Virus record (IMG/VR): IMGVR_UViG_3300021090_000018
Reading direction: 5' to 3' (one strand)
From: an uncultured virus (IMG/VR IMGVR_UViG_3300021090_000018)
Lineage: Duplodnaviria > Heunggongvirae > Uroviricota > Caudoviricetes
Length of the DNA: 64,000 nt
A program made the position numbers and the translations under genes. A model generated the notes under the pieces. The model saw only the letters and a list, made by a program, of their open reading frames with translations. It was not told the origin of the DNA and made no database searches. Position 1 is the stretch's first letter. Every line of letters starts with the position of its first letter. Of this stretch, positions 46,137 to 55,031 are shown piece after piece.

Positions 46137-46498
46137 TTCAGACTTTGTTCGTTCCTGGCCCCTTGCCGGGACTCAACGATGTGGCCGGCAAGAAATCACG
46201 CTGGCACTATCGTCAACTCAAAGAGGAGTGGGGGCTGGCCATTGGAATCTTCATCACATTGGCTAAACTCACGCCGATGCAACGAGTATCCATCGTTTTT
46301 CATTGGCAGGAGAAAAACCAACGGCGCGACCCAGACAATATCATGTTTGGGCAGAAATTTTGCCTGGATGCGCTCGTGGCCAAAGGGATTCTGCCAGACG
46401 ATGGATGGGCAGAAATTGCGGGGTTAGCTCATACGTTTGCCGTGGTACCGATGCGTCCAGGGGTACGCATGGAGATCGTGGAGGTAGTGAATGACTAA
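46133..46498 (+). CDS. rusA: RusA-like Holliday junction resolvase
   Basis: PGLN...RRDPDNI...KFCLDALV..GILPDD. Confidence 0.75.
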   Translation: MIQTLFVPGPLPGLNDVAGKKSRWHYRQLKEEWGLAIGIFITLAKLTPMQRVSIVFHWQEKNQRRDPDNIMFGQKFCLDALVAKGILPDDGWAEIAGLAHTFAVVPMRPGVRMEIVEVVND

Positions 46499-46549
46499 CC
46501 GCGTGACGGTGACGAAACCCGTCCCCACGTTGCCCTATAAGGACGCCTG

Positions 46550-46762
46550 ATGGATTGGATTGTGGGCGGCATGACCTTACTCGCGATGGAACTGATTGCC
46601 CGGAAGAAGTGGCAGGGCTGGGCGGTGGGCCTGGTCAACCAAGCCCTCTGGTTCTACTTGATCGTCTATCAACAGCAGCTCTGGGGGCTGGCGTTGCTCA
46701 CGGCGGTCCTGACATGGCGCTACAGCGTGGCGCTGATGAAGTGGAGGCGCAATGCTGCCTAA
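46550..46762 (+). CDS. Small PnuC-like membrane protein
   Basis: RKKWQGWAVGLVNQALW...QQLWG, 3 TM segments. Confidence 0.5.
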   Translation: MDWIVGGMTLLAMELIARKKWQGWAVGLVNQALWFYLIVYQQQLWGLALLTAVLTWRYSVALMKWRRNAA

Positions 46763-47486
46763 GCCCTACTACGACGAGGACGGGATTACGATATTTTGTG
46801 CCGACGCACTCGAGATATTGCCAGCGCTGTCATTCCACGTTGTTGTCACTGATCCTCCCTATGGTCTGAATTTGTCTAGCGGCATGAATGGGCGTCATGG
46901 AAAATGTGCCGTCTCTGGCGACCACGATACGTCGTTGCGAGATCGGCTCCTGTCCAATATCGGTGATAGACCAACTATTTTATTTGGCTCACCCAAAATC
47001 TCCAGACCACCATGCAGGGCTGTGCTGGTATGGGATAAGGGGGAGCATGTCGGCATGGGCGATTTAGCATTGCCGTGGAAGCCGAACTGGGAAGAAATTT
47101 ACGTAATAGGCAGCGGGTTTACTGGACCAAGGACAGGCTCAGTCTTGAGGCATTTGGCTATTGCTGGCTGCGTGGGTACGCGAACATGGCGGCATCATCC
47201 AACCGAGAAACCAGAAAGCTTAATGCGTGCTCTGATCCGTAAGTGTCCATCTGGCACCATCCTCGACCCCTTCATGGGCAGCGGCACCACACTCAGAGCC
47301 GCCAAGGATCTCGGTCGCAAATGTATCGGAGTGGAGATCGAAGAACGCTACTGTGAAATAGCAGCTAGGAGACTTGAGCAGGAATGCTTGCCGTTGTCCA
47401 TTGAATCAAGTTCAAAAGCGGCATCTTCTGGCGGAACATCTTCTCTGCCTTGGGATGGCAGTGCTCACACAGAACTACAAGATTAG
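46752..47486 (+). CDS. DNA N6-adenine/N4-cytosine methyltransferase
   Basis: TDPPY, HPTEKP, LDPFMGSGTT. Confidence 0.88.
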   Translation: MLPKPYYDEDGITIFCADALEILPALSFHVVVTDPPYGLNLSSGMNGRHGKCAVSGDHDTSLRDRLLSNIGDRPTILFGSPKISRPPCRAVLVWDKGEHVGMGDLALPWKPNWEEIYVIGSGFTGPRTGSVLRHLAIAGCVGTRTWRHHPTEKPESLMRALIRKCPSGTILDPFMGSGTTLRAAKDLGRKCIGVEIEERYCEIAARRLEQECLPLSIESSSKAASSGGTSSLPWDGSAHTELQD

Positions 47487-47946
47487 CTTGAACGTGGGCT
47501 TCGGCAGGAGTGGGGAAACATCTAACCGGAATCTTATGATGAACTTCCTTGGCTGGCTTCCGGCACATTTTGCATTTACCACCAGAAAGTTCACGCGCCG
47601 TTGTTCGTGCGGCTTTCCATCCACATCCGCGAGCCTGTCCATGCCCACCAGTCCAGCGCGGATGAGCTTCACGACGCTGATGCTTCGATTGCCATTCCGC
47701 CATGCAGAGATAATTGCAAAAGACTTTGCGAGAGTGGAAGTTGCTTGCGGGACGGATCACCGGAGAGCCACACCACGCACATTTCTTTGTGGCTTTATTA
47801 GTTGGTTTGCAGTGCTTGTTTCCGCCTTGATGATAGCAGCTAAACGAACAGTACAGTTTATTCTGACTCTGAAATGTACCGAAAGATTTGCCGCACGTTG
47901 GACAATGTTTCTGAATCGTTCTTACTTCTCCCTTAAATCTTGGCAT
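47365..47946 (-). CDS. HNH endonuclease inserted antisense at the methylase 3' end
   Basis: CPTCG/YCSFSC zinc repeats; CKMC...VHHKIP...NLVVLCEHCH. Confidence 0.8.
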   Translation of the reverse strand: MPRFKGEVRTIQKHCPTCGKSFGTFQSQNKLYCSFSCYHQGGNKHCKPTNKATKKCAWCGSPVIRPASNFHSRKVFCNYLCMAEWQSKHQRREAHPRWTGGHGQARGCGWKAARTTARELSGGKCKMCRKPAKEVHHKIPVRCFPTPAEAHVQANLVVLCEHCHPKAEKMFRQKMPLLNLIQWTTASIPAQVS

Positions 47947-47952
47947 GAACGC

Positions 47953-47961
47953 ATTATACCA
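47953..47961 (-). promoter_or_regulatory. Extended -10 promoter for antisense HNH (leaderless)
   Basis: TGgTATAAT 6 nt before ATG 47946. Confidence 0.6.
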
Positions 47962-47964
47962 TAC

Positions 47965-48033
47965 ATTGAGATTGAGGAGAAGTATTGCGAAATCGCCGTG
48001 CGCAGGCTGGCGCAGGAAGTGCTGCCGCTGTGA
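47965..48033 (+). pseudogene. Displaced duplicate of the methylase 3' end
   Basis: IEIEEKYCEIAVRRLAQEVLPL* versus VEIEERYCEIAARRLEQECLPL in the methylase. Confidence 0.8.
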
Positions 48034-48179
48034 GCACGGTTCGCGCCTGATCCGTTGAAAGGCGCCGGTGGTAGGGAACGATTCGCTGTCGTCCTCCCTC
48101 GCTGCACACACGAGTCGGGGCCTGGTGGGGTTGCTGATGTCCTCACGCTCGGCCAGGTCCCACTTGTGAGAAGGATGCG

Positions 48180-48497
48180 ATGATTCAACTCACCCTCGCT
48201 GCCGTGACTGTGACTGGCGCCGCGCTCAAAGAGGCGGGCCAGTCGGCCATGGAGCAGACGGATCGGGAGTTCGTCACCCGGATGCGAGCGGCGGCGAGGG
48301 AGATCTCCTTGGCAAGCGGATTTGTAACGGTTGAGAATCTGCGCCTGATTGCCGCCTCGATGTGCCTCGAACCGATTCATTGCAATTCGTGGGGGAGCGT
48401 GTTCAGGGGTCCGCAGTGGAAGATCGTGGGCCGAAAACGGAGTGCGATGCCGACGGCGCACGCGAGGGAAATCAAAATTTGGCAGTGGGTACCATGA
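48180..48497 (+). CDS. Hypothetical protein
   Basis: AAGGA RBS; HCNSWGSVF...HAR motif. Confidence 0.6.
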   Translation: MIQLTLAAVTVTGAALKEAGQSAMEQTDREFVTRMRAAAREISLASGFVTVENLRLIAASMCLEPIHCNSWGSVFRGPQWKIVGRKRSAMPTAHAREIKIWQWVP

Positions 48498-48769
48498 GTG
48501 ATGAGACATGGACACAATGGAAACGCGATCAGCAGGAACGCCGAGCGAAGCGGCTCCCGATCCGTACCGAGGAGATTCTCCATCTCAAGGTCCAAGGCTA
48601 TGACGTGGAACAGAAAAGCGACTACCACTTTCGGATCAACGGCATCCTGGATCTGTGGCCGATCCACAACCGCTGGCACCTATTATCGACGGGCGAGCGT
48701 GGTGGCGCACAAAACCTAGCTGATTTTGTGAAATCAAGGATTCATCCGAATGAGCGCAAGAGCGGTTGA
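48494..48769 (+). CDS. Hypothetical protein
   Basis: ATGA coupled; YHFRING.LDLWP. Confidence 0.6.
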   Translation: MSDETWTQWKRDQQERRAKRLPIRTEEILHLKVQGYDVEQKSDYHFRINGILDLWPIHNRWHLLSTGERGGAQNLADFVKSRIHPNERKSG

Positions 48770-49298
48770 TATGACCGGCGTGGTCAGTGGGCGGTGGACC
48801 GTCCTGTCCTATGCCGGAACAAAAGGCAGTGGCGGGATGGCAGTGTGGTTGTGCCAATGCGAGTGCGGCGAGATACGGGAAATATTCGGGGTTGTTCTCA
48901 GAAATGGGAAAAGCCTGTCGTGTGGCTGTTGGCAAAAGGAAGGCATTGCCGCACGCAATAGAAAACATGGTCTCTTCGGAAGCCGGACCTATGTGACGTG
49001 GCGCTGCATGCTTCAGCGTTGCTATAACCCAGACAGTCCGAGTTTTAAGAATTATGGCGGACGAGGCATTTCTGTTTGTAAGCTGTGGAGGCAAGATTTC
49101 CGAGAATTTCTTCACGACATGGGCGAGCGTCCTGATGGGAAAACGTTGGACAGGATTGATAACGATGGTGGTTATTCCACAAATAATTGTCGTTGGGCTA
49201 CACCGATCGAGCAAGCGAACAATAAGCGGGGCGGAGCCAAGAACTTGGCGCTCTTTGTGAAGGAACGGATTCGACCCACGGAAGGAATGAATCAATGA
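48750..49298 (+). CDS. HNH homing endonuclease
   Basis: WLCQCECG, YGGRGI, TLDRIDNDGGYSTNNCRWAT. Confidence 0.85.
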   Translation: MSARAVDMTGVVSGRWTVLSYAGTKGSGGMAVWLCQCECGEIREIFGVVLRNGKSLSCGCWQKEGIAARNRKHGLFGSRTYVTWRCMLQRCYNPDSPSFKNYGGRGISVCKLWRQDFREFLHDMGERPDGKTLDRIDNDGGYSTNNCRWATPIEQANNKRGGAKNLALFVKERIRPTEGMNQ

Positions 49299-49789
49299 CC
49301 AATTTTTCGTACCAGTCCGGTGATAGATATGGTCGATATACACTTGTTGAGCAGTATCCTACTGACACGCGGCGTCAGGCTCGCTGGCTATGTCGATGCG
49401 ACTGCGGCAACGAGAAGGTCGTCCGGCTTGCGCATCTCCGCCACGGAGTTATTGTTTCATGTGGATGTTTCGGGCACGCCGGAAGGCCGAAGCACGGATG
49501 TTCACATAACGCAAACGTTCCTGAATACCTCGTCTGGAAGCAGATGAAGGAACGCTGCTCAAATCCTGCAAATAAGAGCTATCCGAACTATGGCGGACGC
49601 GGCATTATGGTCTGTGAACGCTGGAAGGAAGACTTTGCCGCATTCTATGCCGACATGGGTCCTCGTCCGACTCTTAAGCATTCGATCGACCGAAAGAATA
49701 ATGACTGGAACTATGAGCCAGACAACTGCCGATGGGCGACGAGTACTGAGCAACGCCACAATCGACGTGATGCGGAGAGGATAGCATGA
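49295..49789 (+). CDS. HNH homing endonuclease
   Basis: WLCRCDCG, YGGRGI, SIDRKNNDWNYEPDNCRWAT. Confidence 0.85.
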   Translation: MTNFSYQSGDRYGRYTLVEQYPTDTRRQARWLCRCDCGNEKVVRLAHLRHGVIVSCGCFGHAGRPKHGCSHNANVPEYLVWKQMKERCSNPANKSYPNYGGRGIMVCERWKEDFAAFYADMGPRPTLKHSIDRKNNDWNYEPDNCRWATSTEQRHNRRDAERIA

Positions 49790-50442
49790 CGAGATTTCCA
49801 TTATATTGGCCCGCTGGCTGGAAGCGCACCAAGCCTGAGCTGCGGAAGTCCGCCAAGTTTTCCAAGCGCGTGCATTCATCGAGCGGATCGGGTGATACGT
49901 ACCGTTCCTGGTCGAATCACAGTGAGGTGACAATTGCTGAAGGGACCAAGCGCGTTCTCGAACAACTGAGAGCCCTGGGTGTTCGTGAAGGCGATGCGAT
50001 CATTTCCACCGACCTCAAACTGCGGTTGGATGGATTGCCGTACTCAGGCCAGCGTGAGCCAGAGAACCCCGGCGTGGCCGTCTATTGGAAGCGCGGCAAG
50101 GAGACACAGCACAAGGCGATGGCGATCGATCAGTACACCCGCATTGCCGATAACCTGGCGGCGATTGCGGCCACGTTGGACGCCATCCGGGCCATCGAGC
50201 GACACGGCGGCGCAATCATCATGGAAAAAGCGTTTCTGGGCTTCCAGCTTCTTTGTGAGCCAAATAATTGGCGGGCGGTGCTGGGATTCACAGAGGATTG
50301 CGCTCCGACGTTGGATCAGGTGAAGCGAGAATATCGGATGCACTCCATGGGCGCGCACCCCGATCACGTCGGCGGCTCGGATGTGAAACAGAAAGAACTG
50401 AACTGGGCGATGGATGAGGCGAGCAAGGAATTGCAGCCATGA
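49786..50442 (+). CDS. Phage protein with C-terminal J-domain
   Basis: FPLYWPAGW...PGVAVYW...; C-terminal VLG...YR...HPD..GG. Confidence 0.75.
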   Translation: MTRFPLYWPAGWKRTKPELRKSAKFSKRVHSSSGSGDTYRSWSNHSEVTIAEGTKRVLEQLRALGVREGDAIISTDLKLRLDGLPYSGQREPENPGVAVYWKRGKETQHKAMAIDQYTRIADNLAAIAATLDAIRAIERHGGAIIMEKAFLGFQLLCEPNNWRAVLGFTEDCAPTLDQVKREYRMHSMGAHPDHVGGSDVKQKELNWAMDEASKELQP

Positions 50443-50606
50443 CCCGTGACGCATTGATTCGCTATGGGTGTGATAGCTGCAAGGTGCAGAATATCGGCAC
50501 GTTTGTCTTTCTGCATGACGGGACAGACCCCGTGAAAATCTGGATCTGCGAGACCTGCCTGCGGCAGTTACGAGACTGGCCAGGGGACGAAGAGGTGTCC
50601 CCATGA
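50439..50606 (+). CDS. Small zinc-finger protein
   Basis: Manual translation CDSC...CETC; ATGA coupled. Confidence 0.5.
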   Translation: MTRDALIRYGCDSCKVQNIGTFVFLHDGTDPVKIWICETCLRQLRDWPGDEEVSP

Positions 50607-50845
50607 CCACGCCGGCGCGGCTCGTGAGATATGAGGAAAGTGATTGCCCTCGCTGCAGGATCCCGGTCCCGCTCGATGAATGCAAGACTGGGGTGTTCGT
50701 CAAAGCCGCCGACGTGGAGGCGCTACTGAATGATATGAGACGGCTGTTGGAGCATGTGCCAGGGCATACCGACTGCGCAGACTGTCGCGCTGAGGCGAAG
50801 GCCCTCCTCGCCGCCCTGGCCACACACAAGGCGGGTGGACGATGA
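50603..50845 (+). CDS. Hypothetical protein
   Basis: Coupled ORF, GAGG RBS. Confidence 0.5.
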   Translation: MTTPARLVRYEESDCPRCRIPVPLDECKTGVFVKAADVEALLNDMRRLLEHVPGHTDCADCRAEAKALLAALATHKAGGR

Positions 50846-51024
50846 GACAATTGACTCGGGTTGAGCGTGCCGCGATGTGGTTCTACCATAATGAGTACGC
50901 GGCACAATCGTTGAGCGCCATCGATTTCTATCAGCAGTTGCCTTACGACAAACAGGCGCTCATGCAACAGATGGTGGATGAGATTCTAGGAGTCAAAACC
51001 ATAACCCCCAGGAGGCGAGGATGA
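50842..51024 (+). CDS. Hypothetical protein
   Basis: Coupled ORF. Confidence 0.5.
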   Translation: MRQLTRVERAAMWFYHNEYAAQSLSAIDFYQQLPYDKQALMQQMVDEILGVKTITPRRRG

Positions 51025-51380
51025 GCAAGAAGACGTATGTGTTCTTCGGACGCTATTCGAGCCCAGAGCCCGTGCTGGAGCTGATGATCGAACCATTGCC
51101 GTGCATCGCGTGGCCAGTGGCGCACCTGGAATTTACCAAGCTGCGTCGCATGGAAATTCTTGCCGAGATGTTCAGTCAACGCCAGATGTGCGTCCCGCGC
51201 TGTGATCGAGGTGCTGACGTGATGCAATGGTTCAGCCGTTCGTGGATCGCCTCTTTGCCATTCATGACACGGTCGTCGATGGCCACGAAGCCGAAGAAAC
51301 CGTTTGTGTATTCCGGTATCCATCCGCTCGATGCGTGGACGGACAGGACGCCATGCCCCCCAGGAGGCGAGGATGAGTAA
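51021..51380 (+). CDS. Hypothetical protein
   Basis: Coupled ORF, GGAGG RBS. Confidence 0.4.
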   Translation: MSKKTYVFFGRYSSPEPVLELMIEPLPCIAWPVAHLEFTKLRRMEILAEMFSQRQMCVPRCDRGADVMQWFSRSWIASLPFMTRSSMATKPKKPFVYSGIHPLDAWTDRTPCPPGGEDE

Positions 51381-51567
51381 CAAGCATTTACAGCTAACGC
51401 CTCACGCGATTCGCGGCACCGTGACGGCCTGGTGGTACGAAGAAGAAAAGGGAATATCCGTCGTGCAGGAATTTCGAGACAAGAACGGCATGCTGCATAT
51501 AACTGAATCAATACTGCTCCCCTGGACATCTATCCGTGGGGCCTTAAAGCGCAAGGATAAGCCATGA
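51373..51567 (+). CDS. Hypothetical protein
   Basis: MSNKHLQL...WWYEE; GGAGG RBS. Confidence 0.5.
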   Translation: MSNKHLQLTPHAIRGTVTAWWYEEEKGISVVQEFRDKNGMLHITESILLPWTSIRGALKRKDKP

Positions 51568-51641
51568 GTGACGCCCCCAACGCCCGCCCCCCTGAGGGCC
51601 GCGGCCTGCGGTGCGGGGAGTGGCCGAGGAAAGGAGCGAGG

Positions 51642-51911
51642 ATGAATAAGCTAATAGCGTATGTGCCACGGCTCTTGCGTGATGAGGGAATGATCCCACT
51701 CTCAGACGTTTCTCATTATGACCATGTAGCGAAGTTGAAGACGTACTATCTGGCTGCTGACGTATACACGGCCCTCGCCGAGGCGCGTGCTCGTGGGCTG
51801 GAGGAGATGGCGGACGTCTTTCATGAGACGGGGTGGACGCGCATGTTGTCGTATGAAGATGCCGCTATTCGATGCCGTGAGCACGCCGCGAAAGTGAGGA
51901 CGGGAGGATGA
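51642..51911 (+). CDS. Hypothetical protein
   Basis: AGGAG RBS; ARGLEEMA motif. Confidence 0.5.
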   Translation: MNKLIAYVPRLLRDEGMIPLSDVSHYDHVAKLKTYYLAADVYTALAEARARGLEEMADVFHETGWTRMLSYEDAAIRCREHAAKVRTGG

Positions 51912-52312
51912 GCGAGCAGCTGATACGAAAGCCATGCCCGCGATGTGGCACGACGCAATGCTTTGGTGTGGATGACAAAAGCTGTAGTGATTTCTGTATT
52001 ACTCGACACCAACAAGAAAATGCCACCCTCCGCGCCGAACTGGCCCAGGTGACGGAACGAGCGCGGCAGCTCGCGTTCGATAACAATTTGCTGAACCAAA
52101 CGAATGAATTTCTCGCGCAACAGCTCGCCGAGGCGACGACGGAGCGGGATACCTTAGACAAACTGACCTCGATGCAAAGTGGGAGTTTCACCATGTTGCA
52201 CCAGCAGATCGCTGAGCGTGATGCTCAGATCACCTATCTCCAAGCCGTGAGCACACAGCAGGTGGAGAAGATTCGGGCACTGGAGCACGACCTGGAAGAG
52301 TGGAGCGGATAG
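51908..52312 (+). CDS. Coiled-coil hypothetical protein with N-terminal Cys cluster
   Basis: CPRC; heptad pattern. Confidence 0.55.
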   Translation: MSEQLIRKPCPRCGTTQCFGVDDKSCSDFCITRHQQENATLRAELAQVTERARQLAFDNNLLNQTNEFLAQQLAEATTERDTLDKLTSMQSGSFTMLHQQIAERDAQITYLQAVSTQQVEKIRALEHDLEEWSG

Positions 52313-52356
52313 GTGAACGCGAATGCCTGGCCTTGGTGCCAGGGAGTGCCAAAGCC

Positions 52357-52647
52357 ATGAGTTTCCGAAGCCCTAAACTCCTGAATGCGGCGAGAGATCA
52401 ACCCTGCATGTTGTGCGGGTCCACCGGCATGACGGTCGCTGCCCATGCGAACAGCGTGGCCCTCGGTAAAGGCACCGGCATCAAGGCCCCTGACCATCGA
52501 GTGGCGTTTGTCTGTGGGTACCATCACGACCTGATCGATGGTCGGGCCGGACGTCTCAACAAAGAAGAGAAGCACGAGCTATGGATGCAAGCGTACCTCA
52601 AAACAATCGCGCTCTGGTTCGAGCGTGACATCGTGAGGGTGAAATGA
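52357..52647 (+). CDS. DUF1364-like nuclease-fold protein
   Basis: AARDQPCMLC...VAAHAN...GKGTGIKAPD...C..HH..ID. Confidence 0.7.
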   Translation: MSFRSPKLLNAARDQPCMLCGSTGMTVAAHANSVALGKGTGIKAPDHRVAFVCGYHHDLIDGRAGRLNKEEKHELWMQAYLKTIALWFERDIVRVK

Positions 52648-52931
52648 GACACCGAATGCCAGCACGTCCCATCACGCCGGACGCACTCCGACGTAGAGCC
52701 ATTGCGCTCACACGCAATATTGTCCGGCAGGAACATCGTGAAGTGAGAGACTGGAGGCCGACGTATGCCGACGTGAAGAAGTGGGCAAGTAGAACGGGGA
52801 TCTGTCTTCTCTTTAATGATGCGGGCAGCCATCGAGCGTTCATCAGTATGGGCGTTGTAAAGGTCGATCCTGTGGACGAGAACGGGATACCGATGGCTGA
52901 TTGGAACACCGAGGCGATGGCGAAGCTGTGA
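52644..52931 (+). CDS. Hypothetical protein
   Basis: Coupled ORF. Confidence 0.4.
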   Translation: MRHRMPARPITPDALRRRAIALTRNIVRQEHREVRDWRPTYADVKKWASRTGICLLFNDAGSHRAFISMGVVKVDPVDENGIPMADWNTEAMAKL

Positions 52932-52967
52932 CCTGGCTTCAGCTGAAGAAGGAGAGGGAGCACCCGC

Positions 52968-53630
52968 ATGCAGATTAAGAACTGGCCAAAGTTTCAACAT
53001 TTCACGAATCGCCGTCCTCCGTGGATCAAGCTCTATCGTGATCTCCTGGACGACGACGAGTGGTTTCACCTGTCACCGGCGAGTACTAAAGTGCTCATCG
53101 GCCTCTGGTTGCTCGCATCCGAGGACGAAACCAAGCAAGGACTGCTCCCGACGCTCAAGAAAATCACCTTTCGGCTACGTATATCAGAAAAGGCTTTATT
53201 ATCAAGCGTTTCAGAGCTCTCACATTGGGTGTTACACGATGATATCACCTTGATATCACCACGACATCAACTTGTACCCTCAGAGACAGAGACAGAGACA
53301 GAGACAGAGACAGAGACAGAGACAGAGACAGAGACAGAGACAGAGTTCACTCGCGTGTGGAAGGTGTATCCAAAAAAGGTTGGGAAACAAGCCGCGGAAA
53401 AAGCGTGGGGAAAACTCAACGGATCACGCCCATCGATCGAGACCCTCCTCGCCGCGATTGAGTCACAGAAACAGACGGAGCAATGGAAAAAAGATGAAGG
53501 GAAATTCATTCCATACTTCTCGACCTGGCTGAACGGGAAACGCTGGGAAGATGAAGTGGTGGTGCAGGAATCGCTGGAAGTGCGCCTGACACGCTGGGCG
53601 GAGAAGGAGGATGCACATGACGAAAAATGA
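52968..53630 (+). CDS. Replication initiator (replisome organizer-like)
   Basis: IKNW.KFQH...PPWIKL; ET repeat; FTRVWKVYPKKVGK...STWLNGKRWEDE. Confidence 0.8.
   Translation: MQIKNWPKFQHFTNRRPPWIKLYRDLLDDDEWFHLSPASTKVLIGLWLLASEDETKQGLLPTLKKITFRLRISEKALLSSVSELSHWVLHDDITLISPRHQLVPSETETETETETETETETETETEFTRVWKVYPKKVGKQAAEKAWGKLNGSRPSIETLLAAIESQKQTEQWKKDEGKFIPYFSTWLNGKRWEDEVVVQESLEVRLTRWAEKEDAHDEK
53281..53345 (+). repeat. (CAGAGA)x10+ microsatellite encoding ETETET linker
   Basis: Perfect hexamer tandem read directly. Confidence 0.95.
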
Positions 53631-54150
53631 ATTCAACGGCCAGTTTCTTCGCCTCTGTCGCGGGTTCAAATTCGAGGCCACCGACGAACAAGCCGAGGCG
53701 TGGTTCCGTCGCGTCGGCCATGTCGCGCTCAGTGTCTGGGCGGAATCGGTGACGAATCTGCTCTGCGCCGATCGCTTCCCGCGTGATCTGGATCGGGTGC
53801 TGACCGTCGTGGAGATCCAAGCGCAGGCCGCTCGGGCGAAGGCGGTGCAGCGTGATAAACCGATCGCGGCACGAGCGGCTGAGCAGATCGAACAGGGCGA
53901 GTACGGCGCACAGTCGCAACTGTTCCAGGTCATCAAAGCCTTCGCGGGCCGCGAACAGGTGCGGCGGTATCAAGCCCTCGTCACGAAGAACGAGGACATG
54001 CCGGCCACGACGAAACGGCTGGAATTAGTCCGGTTGCGCACGGAAGAGGCGCGACTGGAGGCGGTAATTCGTGACGGGTTACCCGCAATCACGAACGAGG
54101 AGGCGCTCCAGCTAATGCGACGGTACGAACCGGTGGAGGTATCGGTTTGA
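53617..54150 (+). CDS. Putative helicase loader/inhibitor-like protein
   Basis: Follows initiator; MTKNEF...AW....RFP motif. Confidence 0.5.
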   Translation: MTKNEFNGQFLRLCRGFKFEATDEQAEAWFRRVGHVALSVWAESVTNLLCADRFPRDLDRVLTVVEIQAQAARAKAVQRDKPIAARAAEQIEQGEYGAQSQLFQVIKAFAGREQVRRYQALVTKNEDMPATTKRLELVRLRTEEARLEAVIRDGLPAITNEEALQLMRRYEPVEVSV

Positions 54151-54290
54151 TGCCAAGTGATTCGTCAATACGCACAAATGGCAGGCAAGAGGCGGTCAGA
54201 ATTGGCCCTGGCGAAGAGATCAGGTTAAAACTGATGTAGGGGGTTGAGAAGTTTCAGTGTTGATCCTGGGGCAACGTTGGAGGTTTTACG

Positions 54291-54752
54291 ATGGTTCCGT
54301 GTACCTACTGCGGAGTGGTCGCTGATTCTATGGACCATATTCCACCGATGTGCATGCGTAACGTATTGAATGATCTTGGTAATTATATTGGAGTGTGGCG
54401 AGAAGTCCCATCGTGTCGATGGTGTAACTCGACGTTAGGGTCTCTCGCGCTTCTCACGGTTCATGATCGGCGAGCGCATATCAAGAGCGTGTTACGACGG
54501 AAATACAAGCGGTTGCTAGCCTCACCGATCTGGACCGAGCAGGAGTTATCCGAAGTCAGTGAGAATCTCCGGGCGTATATTGTCGAAAGCATGAAGCGAG
54601 CGAGCTTGGTGCGGGCCATGGTGGCGTGGGATGGACAATCTCGTGAGGCGCGAATGCCAACGGCATCGTTAGGACGGGTGTGGGAGCCAGGCGATGGAAA
54701 TTGGGCGAATCGACCGAAACGCGAATGGCCTCCGTGGGCGACCCGTGGATAG
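54291..54752 (+). CDS. HNH endonuclease-like protein
   Basis: CTYCG...DHIPP...VPSCRWCN. Confidence 0.7.
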   Translation: MVPCTYCGVVADSMDHIPPMCMRNVLNDLGNYIGVWREVPSCRWCNSTLGSLALLTVHDRRAHIKSVLRRKYKRLLASPIWTEQELSEVSENLRAYIVESMKRASLVRAMVAWDGQSREARMPTASLGRVWEPGDGNWANRPKREWPPWATRG

Positions 54753-54842
54753 GGACAATGCTTTGTTGTCCACAGACGGATATTCCATGGGAAGAGGGAG
54801 AAGAGAGCACGAACAGGCCAGTTATACACAGGACATGGCACC

Positions 54843-55031
54843 ATGATCTGTCTCCGGTGTCTCAAAGCGCTCAAAGGTCGAGGGAAGTCACGATATTGCC
54901 GTCGCTGCTCGATGGTCGTGCGACTGAAATCCACGCTCCACCGTGTCGGCAAAGCAGGCGGATTGCGGCAGTCGAGTAACCGGTGGGCGAAGAAGGGGTT
55001 GGACCATCTTTTTTCAAGGGAGGATGTATGA
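54843..55031 (+). CDS. Small zinc-finger protein
   Basis: CLRC...YCRRC. Confidence 0.4.
   Translation: MICLRCLKALKGRGKSRYCRRCSMVVRLKSTLHRVGKAGGLRQSSNRWAKKGLDHLFSREDV

Noticed and set aside
48034..48179. Possible structured ncRNA in intergenic gap
   Set aside because: Some GC pairing potential but no recognisable family; needs covariance analysis
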